A stretch of DNA of 64,000 nucleotides from Treponema sp. (GCA_017549025.1 JAFYWB010000055.1:18943-82942); one strand, 5' to 3'; positions 29,860 to 38,339 are shown, counted from the stretch's first letter. A program made the numbers and translations. Notes: generated by a model not told the origin, from the letters alone.

Positions 29860-31550
29860 TGTAAGATAGCTCCTTGGTCAGCGGAGGAAACCAGCTTTGC
29901 ATAGCGGGCAAGATAGCCATCTGTTACCTTTGGTGGAGGACAAACCCAAGCAGCACGACGGGCGGCCAACTCTTCATCAGAAACCTCCAAGGTAATCTTG
30001 TAGTTGTTGATATCCAAGGTAATCATGTCACCTTCTTGTACCAAGGCGATTGGTCCACCGTCGGCAGCCTCTGGAGAACAGTGTCCGAGAGAGGCTCCAC
30101 GAGTTGCACCAGAGAAGCGACCGTCGGTAATGAGGGCCACATCCTTGTCCAGTCCCTGTCCTGCCAAGGCAGCGGTAACAGAAAGCATTTCTCGCATACC
30201 AGGCCCACCCTTTGGACCTTCGTAGCGGATAACAACCACGTCACCCTTGTTAATCTTTCGCTCCTGTACAGCCTGGAAGCATTCTTCCTCGGAGTTAAAG
30301 ACACGGGCAGGACCTGTATGATTCATAAGCTCTGGGGCACAGGCAGAGCGCTTTACAACGGTTCCACGGGGAGCAATGTTTCCAAAGAGAATGGCAATTC
30401 CACCAGAGGGAGAATAGGGCTCTTCGATGGGGCGGAGCACACTGGTATCTCTGTTGCGAACACCAGCAATGTTCTCTCCCACTGTTTTTCCAGTAACAGT
30501 CATTAAGTCGGTGTGAATGAGATTTTTCTTGGCCAGCTCTGCCAAAACAGCGGAAACACCGCCAGCACTATCCAAGTCGCTCATAAAGCTGTGGCCAGCG
30601 GGAGCCAAGTGACAGAGGTTAGGAGTCTTTTCGGAAATCTCGTTGATGAGGTGAAGATCCATCTTAACGCCAGCCTCGTGAGCAATGGCGGGAAGGTGTA
30701 GCACGGTGTTGGAGCTACAGCCAAGAGCCATGTCGGCAGCGAGAGCATTTTCAAAGGCCTTTTGGTTCATGATTTGGCGAGCGGTAATGCCTTTTTCTAG
30801 CATCTTCATAACGGCCATACCAGCGTGCTTGGCCAAGGCGATACGAGCACCAGAAACGGCGGGGATGGTTCCGTTGCCAGGCAAGCCCATTCCCAAAACC
30901 TCGGTAACGCAGTTCATGCTGTTGGCGGTAAACATACCGGAGCAAGAACCGCAGCCAGGACAAGCGTTGTGCTCCAGCTCGCATAGCTGCTCCTCGGTGA
31001 TTTTTCCAGCAGTAACGGCACCGACAGCCTCAAACATATCAGAAAGACTCAAGTGGCGGCCACCGTAAGGATTACCTTCGTGACAGCAATCGGCACCAGG
31101 CAATTTTCCAGGCATCATGGGGCCACCAGAAACGAGGACAGTGGGCAAGTCTAGGCGACCAGCTGCCATCAACATACCGGGAACAACCTTGTCGCAGTTG
31201 GGAATCAGCACCAAAGCGTCAAACTGATGGCCACGGGCAACACACTCGATGGAGTCGGCAATCAACTCTCGTGTTACCAAGGAATAGCGCATTCCCTCGT
31301 GTCCCATGGCGATTCCGTCGCACACACCGATGGCAGGGAATTCGATGGGAGTTCCACCAGCCATACGGATTCCTGCCTTTACGGCCTCGCCAATTTTATC
31401 CAAATAAATGTGGCCGGGAATAATTTCGTTCTGGGCACAGCACACACCAACTAATGGTCGTGACAGTTCCTCGTCTGTATATCCCATGGCCCGAAACAAG
31501 GAGCGATGGGGGGCTCTAGCAATACCTTTCTTTGCGTTATCACTTTTCAT
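29856..31550 (-). CDS. ilvD: Dihydroxy-acid dehydratase
   Basis: 564 aa: [41 protein letters not shown]. Confidence 0.95.
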   Translation of the reverse strand: MKSDNAKKGIARAPHRSLFRAMGYTDEELSRPLVGVCCAQNEIIPGHIYLDKIGEAVKAGIRMAGGTPIEFPAIGVCDGIAMGHEGMRYSLVTRELIADSIECVARGHQFDALVLIPNCDKVVPGMLMAAGRLDLPTVLVSGGPMMPGKLPGADCCHEGNPYGGRHLSLSDMFEAVGAVTAGKITEEQLCELEHNACPGCGSCSGMFTANSMNCVTEVLGMGLPGNGTIPAVSGARIALAKHAGMAVMKMLEKGITARQIMNQKAFENALAADMALGCSSNTVLHLPAIAHEAGVKMDLHLINEISEKTPNLCHLAPAGHSFMSDLDSAGGVSAVLAELAKKNLIHTDLMTVTGKTVGENIAGVRNRDTSVLRPIEEPYSPSGGIAILFGNIAPRGTVVKRSACAPELMNHTGPARVFNSEEECFQAVQERKINKGDVVVIRYEGPKGGPGMREMLSVTAALAGQGLDKDVALITDGRFSGATRGASLGHCSPEAADGGPIALVQEGDMITLDINNYKITLEVSDEELAARRAAWVCPPPKVTDGYLARYAKLVSSADQGAILQ

Positions 31551-31591
31551 GTCAGTAACCTCACTTAAATCTTTGAAGTATATTTGAAGGT

Positions 31592-31620
31592 ATTCTACTT
31601 GTATTGTGAGGACTGGTCAA
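31592..31620 (-). promoter_or_regulatory. Candidate sigma70 promoter of ilvD
   Basis: On the minus strand: TTGACC (31620-31615), 17-nt spacer, TAGAAT (31597-31592). GTGAGG RBS before ATG 31550. Confidence 0.45.
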
Positions 31621-31626
31621 GATTGG

Positions 31627-31944
31627 CTCACGAACATCAGCCCAGGAGACTGAATCCCAGCCACATCCCGGGAAGCAGGGGAACAGGAGCAGCATCTCGA
31701 GTGGTGGGGAACACAAATTTATCTAGGGAATCTGGGGAACCCTACCCCGCCTCGCACTTCGCTAACGCTCACAGTTCGGCTGGGCAGGGGACCTCCCCAG
31801 TTTCCCAGAATAATTTTTGTGGGTGTTCCCCACCACTCTGGCTACTATTCGTGAGGTTCCCCTGCTTCCCAGACTATTGCAGGTGGGGCTTCAATTTCAC
31901 GGTCTACTGTTCGATAACTGGTAGATGGGGCTGGATAAAAAAAA
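31627..31944. repeat. Dispersed GGGGAAC-rich palindromic repeat element, copy A
   Basis: Shares both termini and several internal modules with 51271-51588. Perfect internal inverted repeats at 31670-31684/31856-31870 and 31699-31714/31823-31838. Confidence 0.8.
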
Positions 31945-31974
31945 TCCCAGCTGAAACAAATTGCTTCAACTGGG
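31937..31974 (-). terminator. Rho-independent terminator of adk
   Basis: Minus strand: CCCAGTTGAA...TTCAGCTGGG stem (31965-31974 / 31946-31955), then a T8 run that is also the A-run at the right end of repeat copy A. Confidence 0.65.
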
Positions 31975-32000
31975 AACGTATAGCTGATTCAACGAAAAAC

Positions 32001-32630
32001 TTATTTCTTGAACTTGTCTCGGAACTGTTCCAAGATAGCTTCTGTGGCGGGGCGAGCGTCAATGTCTACAATCTTGTCTCGTTCCCGATAAAAGTCAATG
32101 AGGGGAGCTGTTTGCTGGCGATATACTACCAAGCGGTGAGAGATTGCTTCTACCTGGTCATCGTCACGGGTGTACAATTCAGCCCCGCAAGCGTCGCAGG
32201 TGTTTTCTTTGGCAGGAGGCAAAAAGGTGACGTGGAAGTTCTGGCCACAACCCTTGCACACACGGCGGCCTGAAAGTCGCTCCACTACACCTTCGTCAGC
32301 AATGTCAAAGTTTACCACTGCATCTACCTTGGCAATTCCTTCCAAAGCTTCAGCCTGAGGAATTGTTCTGGGGAAGCCATCCAGAATAAAGCCATTGGCT
32401 ACATCTGCTTGGGACAAGCGATCCTTTACCAGCTCAACAGTCAAGTCATCGCTTACCAAGGCGCCGGAATCAATAATTGCCTTTACCTTTACTCCCAGTG
32501 GAGTCTGGTTTTTGATTGCGGTACGGAAAATATCTCCGGTGGAAATGTGGGGAATACCGTATTCCACAGCAACTTTAGCAGCCAAGGTTCCCTTTCCTGC
32601 TCCGGGAGGGCCTAAAAAAATAAAATTCAT
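32001..32630 (-). CDS. adk: Adenylate kinase (Zn-lid type)
   Basis: MNFIFLGPPGAGKGT P-loop. Lid CKGCGQNF...CDACG. ATG 32630 follows GGAGGA. Confidence 0.95.
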   Translation of the reverse strand: MNFIFLGPPGAGKGTLAAKVAVEYGIPHISTGDIFRTAIKNQTPLGVKVKAIIDSGALVSDDLTVELVKDRLSQADVANGFILDGFPRTIPQAEALEGIAKVDAVVNFDIADEGVVERLSGRRVCKGCGQNFHVTFLPPAKENTCDACGAELYTRDDDQVEAISHRLVVYRQQTAPLIDFYRERDKIVDIDARPATEAILEQFRDKFKK

Positions 32631-32818
32631 ACTTTCCTCCAAATAGATGAGGTGGACTTCAACATGAATCCTGCATCTAATCTCTTTCAGCTATTTTAAT
32701 CATTTAGACTTTTTTTTACAATACAATAAAAAATTTGTACTTGTTACACAATTATAATAATGATACACTATTACAATAATATAGATTTTTACTATCATAA
32801 TGAGGAGATTTTCACCCC

Positions 32819-34471
32819 ATGAAAACAGTATATGTTATCGGGCACCGTAATCCCGACTCAGATTCCATCATATCGGCCACCGCCTACGCCCGGCTGAAGC
32901 AGCTTATGGGTCACAGCGAATATGTGGCAGCTCGAGCAGGAAACCTTTCTCCCCAGACTGAATATATTCTGGGAAGATTTTCCGTACCCGCTCCGCAGTA
33001 CGTTCCAGACCTTATCCCCAAGGTCAGCTATTACATGACCCACAACTGTGAGACCGTAAGCTATGACACCTCCTTGTGGAAGGCAGTAAATGCTATGGAA
33101 GAGCGAGACAGAAAGGTACTGCCAGTTGTAAAGGAAGACAATCAATACGTTTCATTGCTGCACTACAGTGCCTTTGCAAAGAATGTGCTGAAGATTGTAA
33201 ATCCAGAAAAATCTGCATCCATCACCACCTCCATCGGCTTGATTAGCGAAACTATTTCTGCCCAGCCAGTAATTACTTTCAACGAGGATGAGCTTTTCAA
33301 GAGCTTTACCTTGGTGGCTGGTTCCCAGTTCGAGACCTTCAAGAAGCGACTGGCAATGCATGCTCCAGAAAATACTATCGTTATTACTGGAGACCGCAAG
33401 GAAATTCAGGAATACTGTGCCAAGGAAAAGGTGCGGGCCATTATCATCACCTCTGGCTATACTCCCGACAAGGGAATTCGGGAGCTGGCAGAAAAGAACG
33501 GTGTATCTCTTTTGATTAGCCCCTACGACACTTCTGCCACCTCCATGCTCATTATCTACTCCTCTCCTGTGTCCTCCATGGCAAATCAGGAGCTGGCTCC
33601 TTTGAACATCAACGACACCATCAAGAAGGTGCGCCCCATTCTGCAGCACGCACCAGGCGGCACACTGCCAGTAGTGGACGACAATAACACCATCGTAGGA
33701 GTTATTTCTGAAAGCGACCTTTTGAACGAAGCTTCTATTGAAGTGTGTCTTGTGGACCACAACGAGCTTTCACAGGCTGTAGAAGGCTTGGAGAACTACA
33801 AGATTCGAGAGGTGATTGACCATCACCGCTTGGGAAGCTTCTCAACCCGCTACCCCATTACCTTTATCAACCGGCCAGTGGGAGCAACCTGTACTATCGT
33901 TACCAACCTGTACCGCCAGTACCACGTGTCCATCCCACGTGAAATTGCCTGTATCCTCCTGTGCGGAATCCTCACCGACACATTGGTGCTGCAGTCTGCC
34001 ACCACTACCGACGAAGACCGAGAAACAGCAGAATATCTTTCCAACATCACCAACTTGGACATTCAGACTTTGGGACAGGATATTATCACTGCCTCCAGCA
34101 GCCTGAAGGGACGCAGTGCTGAAGCTGTTACCAAGCAGGATATGAAGGAATTCAACGAGAAGGGCCACAAGTTCACCGTAAGCCAGATTGAAGTAAGCTC
34201 TCCCTCCGAGATTCTGGAGCGGAAGGAAGAATTCTTCAAGATGCTGGAGTCTGTGCGTTCCAGCCGTAGCTGCCTCTTCTCTGCCTTGATGGTAACCGAT
34301 ATCATCAACTTAACCAGTATTATGCTGGTGGCAGCAGATCAGAAATTCATGCAGGTGGCAGAGATTCCTCGTGCCGAGGAAAATATCTTCATCCTGAAGA
34401 ACGTGGTATCCCGCAAGAAGCAGCTGATTCCTCTGCTTTCTGAGCAGATTGAAAAGCTGGAAAACGCTTAA
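32819..34471 (+). CDS. ppaC: CBS-domain-containing family II inorganic pyrophosphatase (DHH - CBS/DRTGG insert - DHHA2)
   Basis: GHRNPDSDSIISATAYA (DHH motif I-II), DHNE and DHHRLG motifs, about 250-aa CBS/DRTGG insert, C-terminal DHHA2-like region. Confidence 0.85.
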   Translation: MKTVYVIGHRNPDSDSIISATAYARLKQLMGHSEYVAARAGNLSPQTEYILGRFSVPAPQYVPDLIPKVSYYMTHNCETVSYDTSLWKAVNAMEERDRKVLPVVKEDNQYVSLLHYSAFAKNVLKIVNPEKSASITTSIGLISETISAQPVITFNEDELFKSFTLVAGSQFETFKKRLAMHAPENTIVITGDRKEIQEYCAKEKVRAIIITSGYTPDKGIRELAEKNGVSLLISPYDTSATSMLIIYSSPVSSMANQELAPLNINDTIKKVRPILQHAPGGTLPVVDDNNTIVGVISESDLLNEASIEVCLVDHNELSQAVEGLENYKIREVIDHHRLGSFSTRYPITFINRPVGATCTIVTNLYRQYHVSIPREIACILLCGILTDTLVLQSATTTDEDRETAEYLSNITNLDIQTLGQDIITASSSLKGRSAEAVTKQDMKEFNEKGHKFTVSQIEVSSPSEILERKEEFFKMLESVRSSRSCLFSALMVTDIINLTSIMLVAADQKFMQVAEIPRAEENIFILKNVVSRKKQLIPLLSEQIEKLENA

Positions 34472-34542
34472 AAAAAGATACATCCCAAGGGTGTAGTCTG
34501 AACAACTGCACCCAAAATCATTTTTCTTCAAAAAAATTCCAA

Positions 34543-34567
34543 AGTCGCCTCACAGGCGACTTTTTTG
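34543..34567. terminator. Bidirectional terminator hairpin
   Basis: AGTCGCCT-CAC-AGGCGACT followed by T6 and preceded by an A-run. Lies between the convergent ppaC and XRE genes. Confidence 0.6.
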
Positions 34568-34617
34568 TTATGTGGCTGTGCTATAGTGTACAAGACGAGG
34601 GGATTGGAAGGGTGAAG

Positions 34618-34950
34618 CTATGGATTGAGGCTTTGGCGAACCTCTTGAGCAATGACCTCTTTCAGGCGGCTCATGATGTGGTCGGTAATTTCTTGAGAAA
34701 ATTGCTGGCTGCCATTATGACGCAGGTTTTCTGGGGAGCCGTCCTTGAGGAAAAGTTGGGCTGGGTCAATTTCCAGAATCTTTGCCATCTGGTCTATTAC
34801 ATCTGGCGGAGGGAAGGAGTTGCCACCTTCGATACAATTGATGTAATTGTAGCCCTTGTTCAGGTAGACGGATAAATCCTTTTGGGTCAGCCCTCGTTTT
34901 TTGCGGAAATAACGGAGGTTGGCAATGAAGGTTTGTTGCAGAGACATCAC
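34618..34950 (-). CDS. XRE-family helix-turn-helix transcriptional regulator
   Basis: LRYFRKKRGLTQKDLSVYLNKGYNYINCIEGG is a classical HTH_3/XRE motif. 110 aa. Confidence 0.8.
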   Translation of the reverse strand: MMSLQQTFIANLRYFRKKRGLTQKDLSVYLNKGYNYINCIEGGNSFPPPDVIDQMAKILEIDPAQLFLKDGSPENLRHNGSQQFSQEITDHIMSRLKEVIAQEVRQSLNP

Positions 34951-34980
34951 TACATTATGAATCTAAAGCCTTATTCATTC

Positions 34981-34997
34981 ACATTATAATATAATGT
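34981..34997. promoter_or_regulatory. Perfect 8-1-8 palindrome, candidate operator in the divergent XRE/lipoprotein intergenic region
   Basis: ACATTATA-A-TATAATGT. Additional half-sites: ACATTAT at 34952-34958 and TATAATGT at 35031-35038. Confidence 0.4.
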
Positions 34998-35155
34998 TTA
35001 ATCTATTTACTTTCACATTGACATCGATATTATAATGTGTAAAAATATCGACAGAATCATGTTTCTGTTGTGATTCAGCACAAAAGACATGGTTTTATAG
35101 AATAGTTTTCTGGTGAAAGCTTTTTGCTTTTGCCAAAACGGAAGGAGGAGCTTTT

Positions 35156-35584
35156 ATGAAAGCTTTGAAGAAGAATGGACTGGGAGGCGGACTTGTTGCC
35201 GCCCTACTGGTGATGGCAGTGCTGGGACTGTTTTCCCTGACAGGGTGTGCGAATACTAGTGAAGGAGCAAGCGGACCGAATTTATTTCTTGGAGAATGGG
35301 TTTATACAACTACTGAAACATTTTCTTATATGACAGTAAAAAGTATATACACATTGAGATTTGAAAGTGATGGCCAGTGTACTTGGATTTTACGAGAAAT
35401 ACTCAATGCCATGGGAAGTGAAACGCGGGGATCTAAAATTCTTGATACCTATAAATATACTGTAAATGCTGATACTGCAACACTCAGTCCCAATGGAATT
35501 CCTACAGCAAAAATTACATTAAACCCAGATGGAAAAAGCTTCTGGTATGATGGGTTTATCTATACGAAGCAGGAAGGACTTTAA
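35156..35584 (+). CDS. Small lipoprotein, function unknown
   Basis: Signal peptide with lipobox LFSLTGC. GGAGGAG RBS. 142 aa. Confidence 0.7.
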   Translation: MKALKKNGLGGGLVAALLVMAVLGLFSLTGCANTSEGASGPNLFLGEWVYTTTETFSYMTVKSIYTLRFESDGQCTWILREILNAMGSETRGSKILDTYKYTVNADTATLSPNGIPTAKITLNPDGKSFWYDGFIYTKQEGL

Positions 35585-35707
35585 GTATTAATATGTTTGT
35601 TAACACATTGGTGTTATGATATGTTTTTCAGACTTCAGCATGATAAAACTATCATAGTTTTCTTAAAGAAGCTGTGGCGGGGCTTGCAGGGAGAAAGAAG
35701 GGAATAT

Positions 35708-36439
35708 ATGAATACTTTTAATGATGAAGATTATCTTCAAAGAGTCTTTGATGTAACACATCTCGATGCCAATACATTGGAAACAATTCAAACGGCATTT
35801 AACATAGCACACGAAATTCGCAGATTTGAAATTGAATTATTCTGGAAAAGAGGAACTTATTTTTGGGCATTTATTCTAGCATCTTTCACAGCATACTTTG
35901 CAACTATTGATAAAGTTCTCGGTGATGGTAAAATTTGTTTAACAACACTGAAAGAAATTCCTTTATTTTCAAAATTCATATTGTTACTGATTATTTGTCT
36001 TTGTTTCTTTTTCTGTTTATCTTGGATTCTTATCAGCAAAGGTTCCAAATTTTGGCAAAAAAACTGGGAATCACATATAGACTTTTTAGAAACATTTGTT
36101 TCCGGAAAAATTTATAAAACAATTTTAAATACAAAAAACCAAGAATTTAATAAATGCCCTCTCAAAACAGAGGCATTCGATTACTCTGTTACCATTATAA
36201 CTACTGTCGGCGCTATTTTTCTTACATGCATTACAGCAATTTTAGTTCTTTTTCATTCTTTTTTAGTTTTAAACGATATAATTTCTTTGAATACAGATTG
36301 TATCTACACCTTTTTAGGAATTGGCATTCTGGTAATTTTTGTTGTAGCACTTAAAGAGCTTTTGAAAAGTGAAGGAAATCATGATATACATAGAAAAATC
36401 AATAAAGAACAAAATTCTGGTAAATGGAGACAAAGATAA
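35708..36439 (+). CDS. Four-TM membrane protein with N-terminal cytoplasmic helical segment, function unknown
   Basis: ATG 35708 follows GAAAGAAGGG. TM segments GTYFWAFILASFTAYFATI, FILLLIICLCFFFCLSWILI, VTIITTVGAIFLTCITAILVLF and IYTFLGIGILVIFVVAL. About 30% GC. Confidence 0.6.
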   Translation: MNTFNDEDYLQRVFDVTHLDANTLETIQTAFNIAHEIRRFEIELFWKRGTYFWAFILASFTAYFATIDKVLGDGKICLTTLKEIPLFSKFILLLIICLCFFFCLSWILISKGSKFWQKNWESHIDFLETFVSGKIYKTILNTKNQEFNKCPLKTEAFDYSVTIITTVGAIFLTCITAILVLFHSFLVLNDIISLNTDCIYTFLGIGILVIFVVALKELLKSEGNHDIHRKINKEQNSGKWRQR

Positions 36440-36506
36440 ACAACAATTACAATCAAAAATTTAACATACTACAGAGTAAACAGGAAATTATTTTAGGAGG
36501 AACTTT

Positions 36507-37022
36507 ATGTTGGTTTTAATGCTGTTAATTTTTTATATAGGAGGAGGGATTCTTTATTATATATATTTATGTAACCGTGGTAAACCAGACAAACGAGAAA
36601 GAAAAGCTTTAAAGCAAAAACAAGAATATGAACAATATATGTGGGATAATTACAATCATCTCTGTCAAAAATGGGATCCTGTGTTGGAAAAATGGCCTTC
36701 TTACATCGAAGTAAACAAAAAACAGCAAATTACAAATGATACTGTTTCTTTCTTGGCTGATTTTAAAAGTAATTGTGCTTTAAGGGTTGCGAGAAGAAAA
36801 TGTGATTGTAACAGGAAATGCAATAATTGTGGACAATATAATACCGATAAAAATTGTCTCTTTCAATGTAAAAGCAGTTGTTTAGCCTGCGTTCAATTTC
36901 GAAAATATGCAAATTGTTATGTCCAATTGAGTGAATATCAACAAATGGAAGTTGATCAACTTGCGATGAAATATTTTCGCAATTATATTGCAAATGGAGT
37001 ACCTCCTGGTACAGAGTGGTAA
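36507..37022 (+). CDS. N-terminally TM-anchored Cys-rich protein, function unknown
   Basis: AGGAGG RBS. MLVLMLLIFYIGGGILYYIYL TM segment. Cluster RRKCDCNRKCNNCGQYNTDKNCLFQCKSSCLACVQFRKYANC. Confidence 0.6.
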   Translation: MLVLMLLIFYIGGGILYYIYLCNRGKPDKRERKALKQKQEYEQYMWDNYNHLCQKWDPVLEKWPSYIEVNKKQQITNDTVSFLADFKSNCALRVARRKCDCNRKCNNCGQYNTDKNCLFQCKSSCLACVQFRKYANCYVQLSEYQQMEVDQLAMKYFRNYIANGVPPGTEW

Positions 37023-37102
37023 GCTATTAGGAGATTACCTATAAGCAACCACTCCTACAACTAAGAATAAGAAATAGACCACTAGAATCAATGAGGAAAA
37101 CC

Positions 37103-37291
37103 ATGAAACAGACAATCAATTCGAAGAACAATCAACAAAGCACTGATCCACAGCGACAGCCAACGATCAGCTTTATACTTACAGTTTTGCCAATGCTTAT
37201 GTTACTTGGACAAGGATTACTAAGAATATTTTTACGGAGACGCAGAAATAGAAATTCACAGTATGACCATTTACTACCTCCATTTTTTTAA
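37103..37291 (+). CDS. Possible small single-TM protein
   Basis: GAGGA RBS 6 nt before ATG 37103. Hydrophobic core ISFILTVLPMLMLLGQGLL, then RRRRNR. No family recognised. Confidence 0.3.
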   Translation: MKQTINSKNNQQSTDPQRQPTISFILTVLPMLMLLGQGLLRIFLRRRRNRNSQYDHLLPPFF

Positions 37292-37370
37292 GATCTTAAC
37301 CAATGTTGCATTTGTACGTCAAACTAAATTGTAATAAGAAAGCAGCGAACAATTTCATAAGGAGAAACGC

Positions 37371-38225
37371 ATGAAAACACGCAAGTTAATAGCACTGGTT
37401 CTGGCACTGGCTACAAGTATGGTTGTACCATTGATGGCGCAGGCCAACGGCGGCATGAAGCTGGTACAAGGTGGCACCTTCACCATGGGCAACACCGACC
37501 TGCCGAAAAAGGAAAGCTGGAATGCTGACGAATTCCCTGCTCACACAGTGACAGTCAGTAGCTTCTACGTCAGCGAGCAACCCATTACCCTGGAGCAGTG
37601 GATGTACGAGATCGATATATATCCCGATGGCTATCTTGAAAGACAAAACAACAAATATGTTCACCGCAACCAGTGGAAGACCAATACGGCGGCCAACATC
37701 ACTTGGTTTGATGCCCTCACCTACTGCAACCGTCGCAGTCTGACAGAAGGGCTCACACCCTGCTACGCTTCCAACGGTTCTACGGATGCGGTTACAAACC
37801 CCAAGTATCTCAGGGCTACGGAGGATCTGCCCAACATCACCTGTGACTGGAACGCCAACGGCTACCGGCTGCCCACCGAGGCGGAGTGGGAGTATGCGGC
37901 AGGAAAAGGTGTGTTAAAAAGTGACTATCCTTACAATGGAACTACCTTTAGAGGGGACTATGCCGACGAGCAAAACGAGTGGGTATGGGACTGGTACAGC
38001 AGTAGCTACTACCAGGTCAGCGGTAACAGTGTGAACCCACGAGGGCCGAATTATGGGGAAATGAGTTTTAGTTCTGGAGGTAGAAATGGACATGAAGTTC
38101 CCTGCCGTGTCATCCGTGGCGGTATCAGACGAGTGACAAGCAGAAGCAAGCTTGATCCCACAGAGTACGAATTCCTTGTGGGTCCCCTGCCAATCGCATT
38201 CCGCGTAGTCCGCAACGCCCAGTAA
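37371..38225 (+). CDS. Formylglycine-generating enzyme (SUMF1/FGE-sulfatase) family protein, secreted/lipoprotein-like
   Basis: Signal peptide, then MKLVQGGTFTMGN...EFPAHTVTVSSFYVSEQPITLEQW...NGYRLPTEAEWEYAA...RVIRGG, the FGE-family pattern. AAGGAG RBS. Confidence 0.85.
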   Translation: MKTRKLIALVLALATSMVVPLMAQANGGMKLVQGGTFTMGNTDLPKKESWNADEFPAHTVTVSSFYVSEQPITLEQWMYEIDIYPDGYLERQNNKYVHRNQWKTNTAANITWFDALTYCNRRSLTEGLTPCYASNGSTDAVTNPKYLRATEDLPNITCDWNANGYRLPTEAEWEYAAGKGVLKSDYPYNGTTFRGDYADEQNEWVWDWYSSSYYQVSGNSVNPRGPNYGEMSFSSGGRNGHEVPCRVIRGGIRRVTSRSKLDPTEYEFLVGPLPIAFRVVRNAQ

Positions 38226-38339
38226 GTCCACCCACAAAGTCGCCTCCCACTCACCCCCCAAAAAAAGTCGCCTAAAAAGCGACCAACGGGTAATTTATTT
38301 GCGGTATACTATCTTCATCACCTAGAAAGGAGTGGTTTT

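Noticed and set aside
31584-32273. 229-aa plus-strand ORF spanning repeat copy A and running antisense into adk
   Set aside because: It has no RBS. Its first two thirds translate the noncoding repeat, and the equivalent frame is not preserved in copy B. The rest is antisense to the well-supported adk gene.
34542-38247. 12-nt direct repeat CAAAGTCGCCTC at 34542-34553 and 38236-38247, considered as att-like island borders
   Set aside because: Exact 12-mer pairs are expected many times by chance in 64 kb, on the order of a hundred pairs. The first copy is simply one arm of a terminator stem. No integrase or tRNA target is present.
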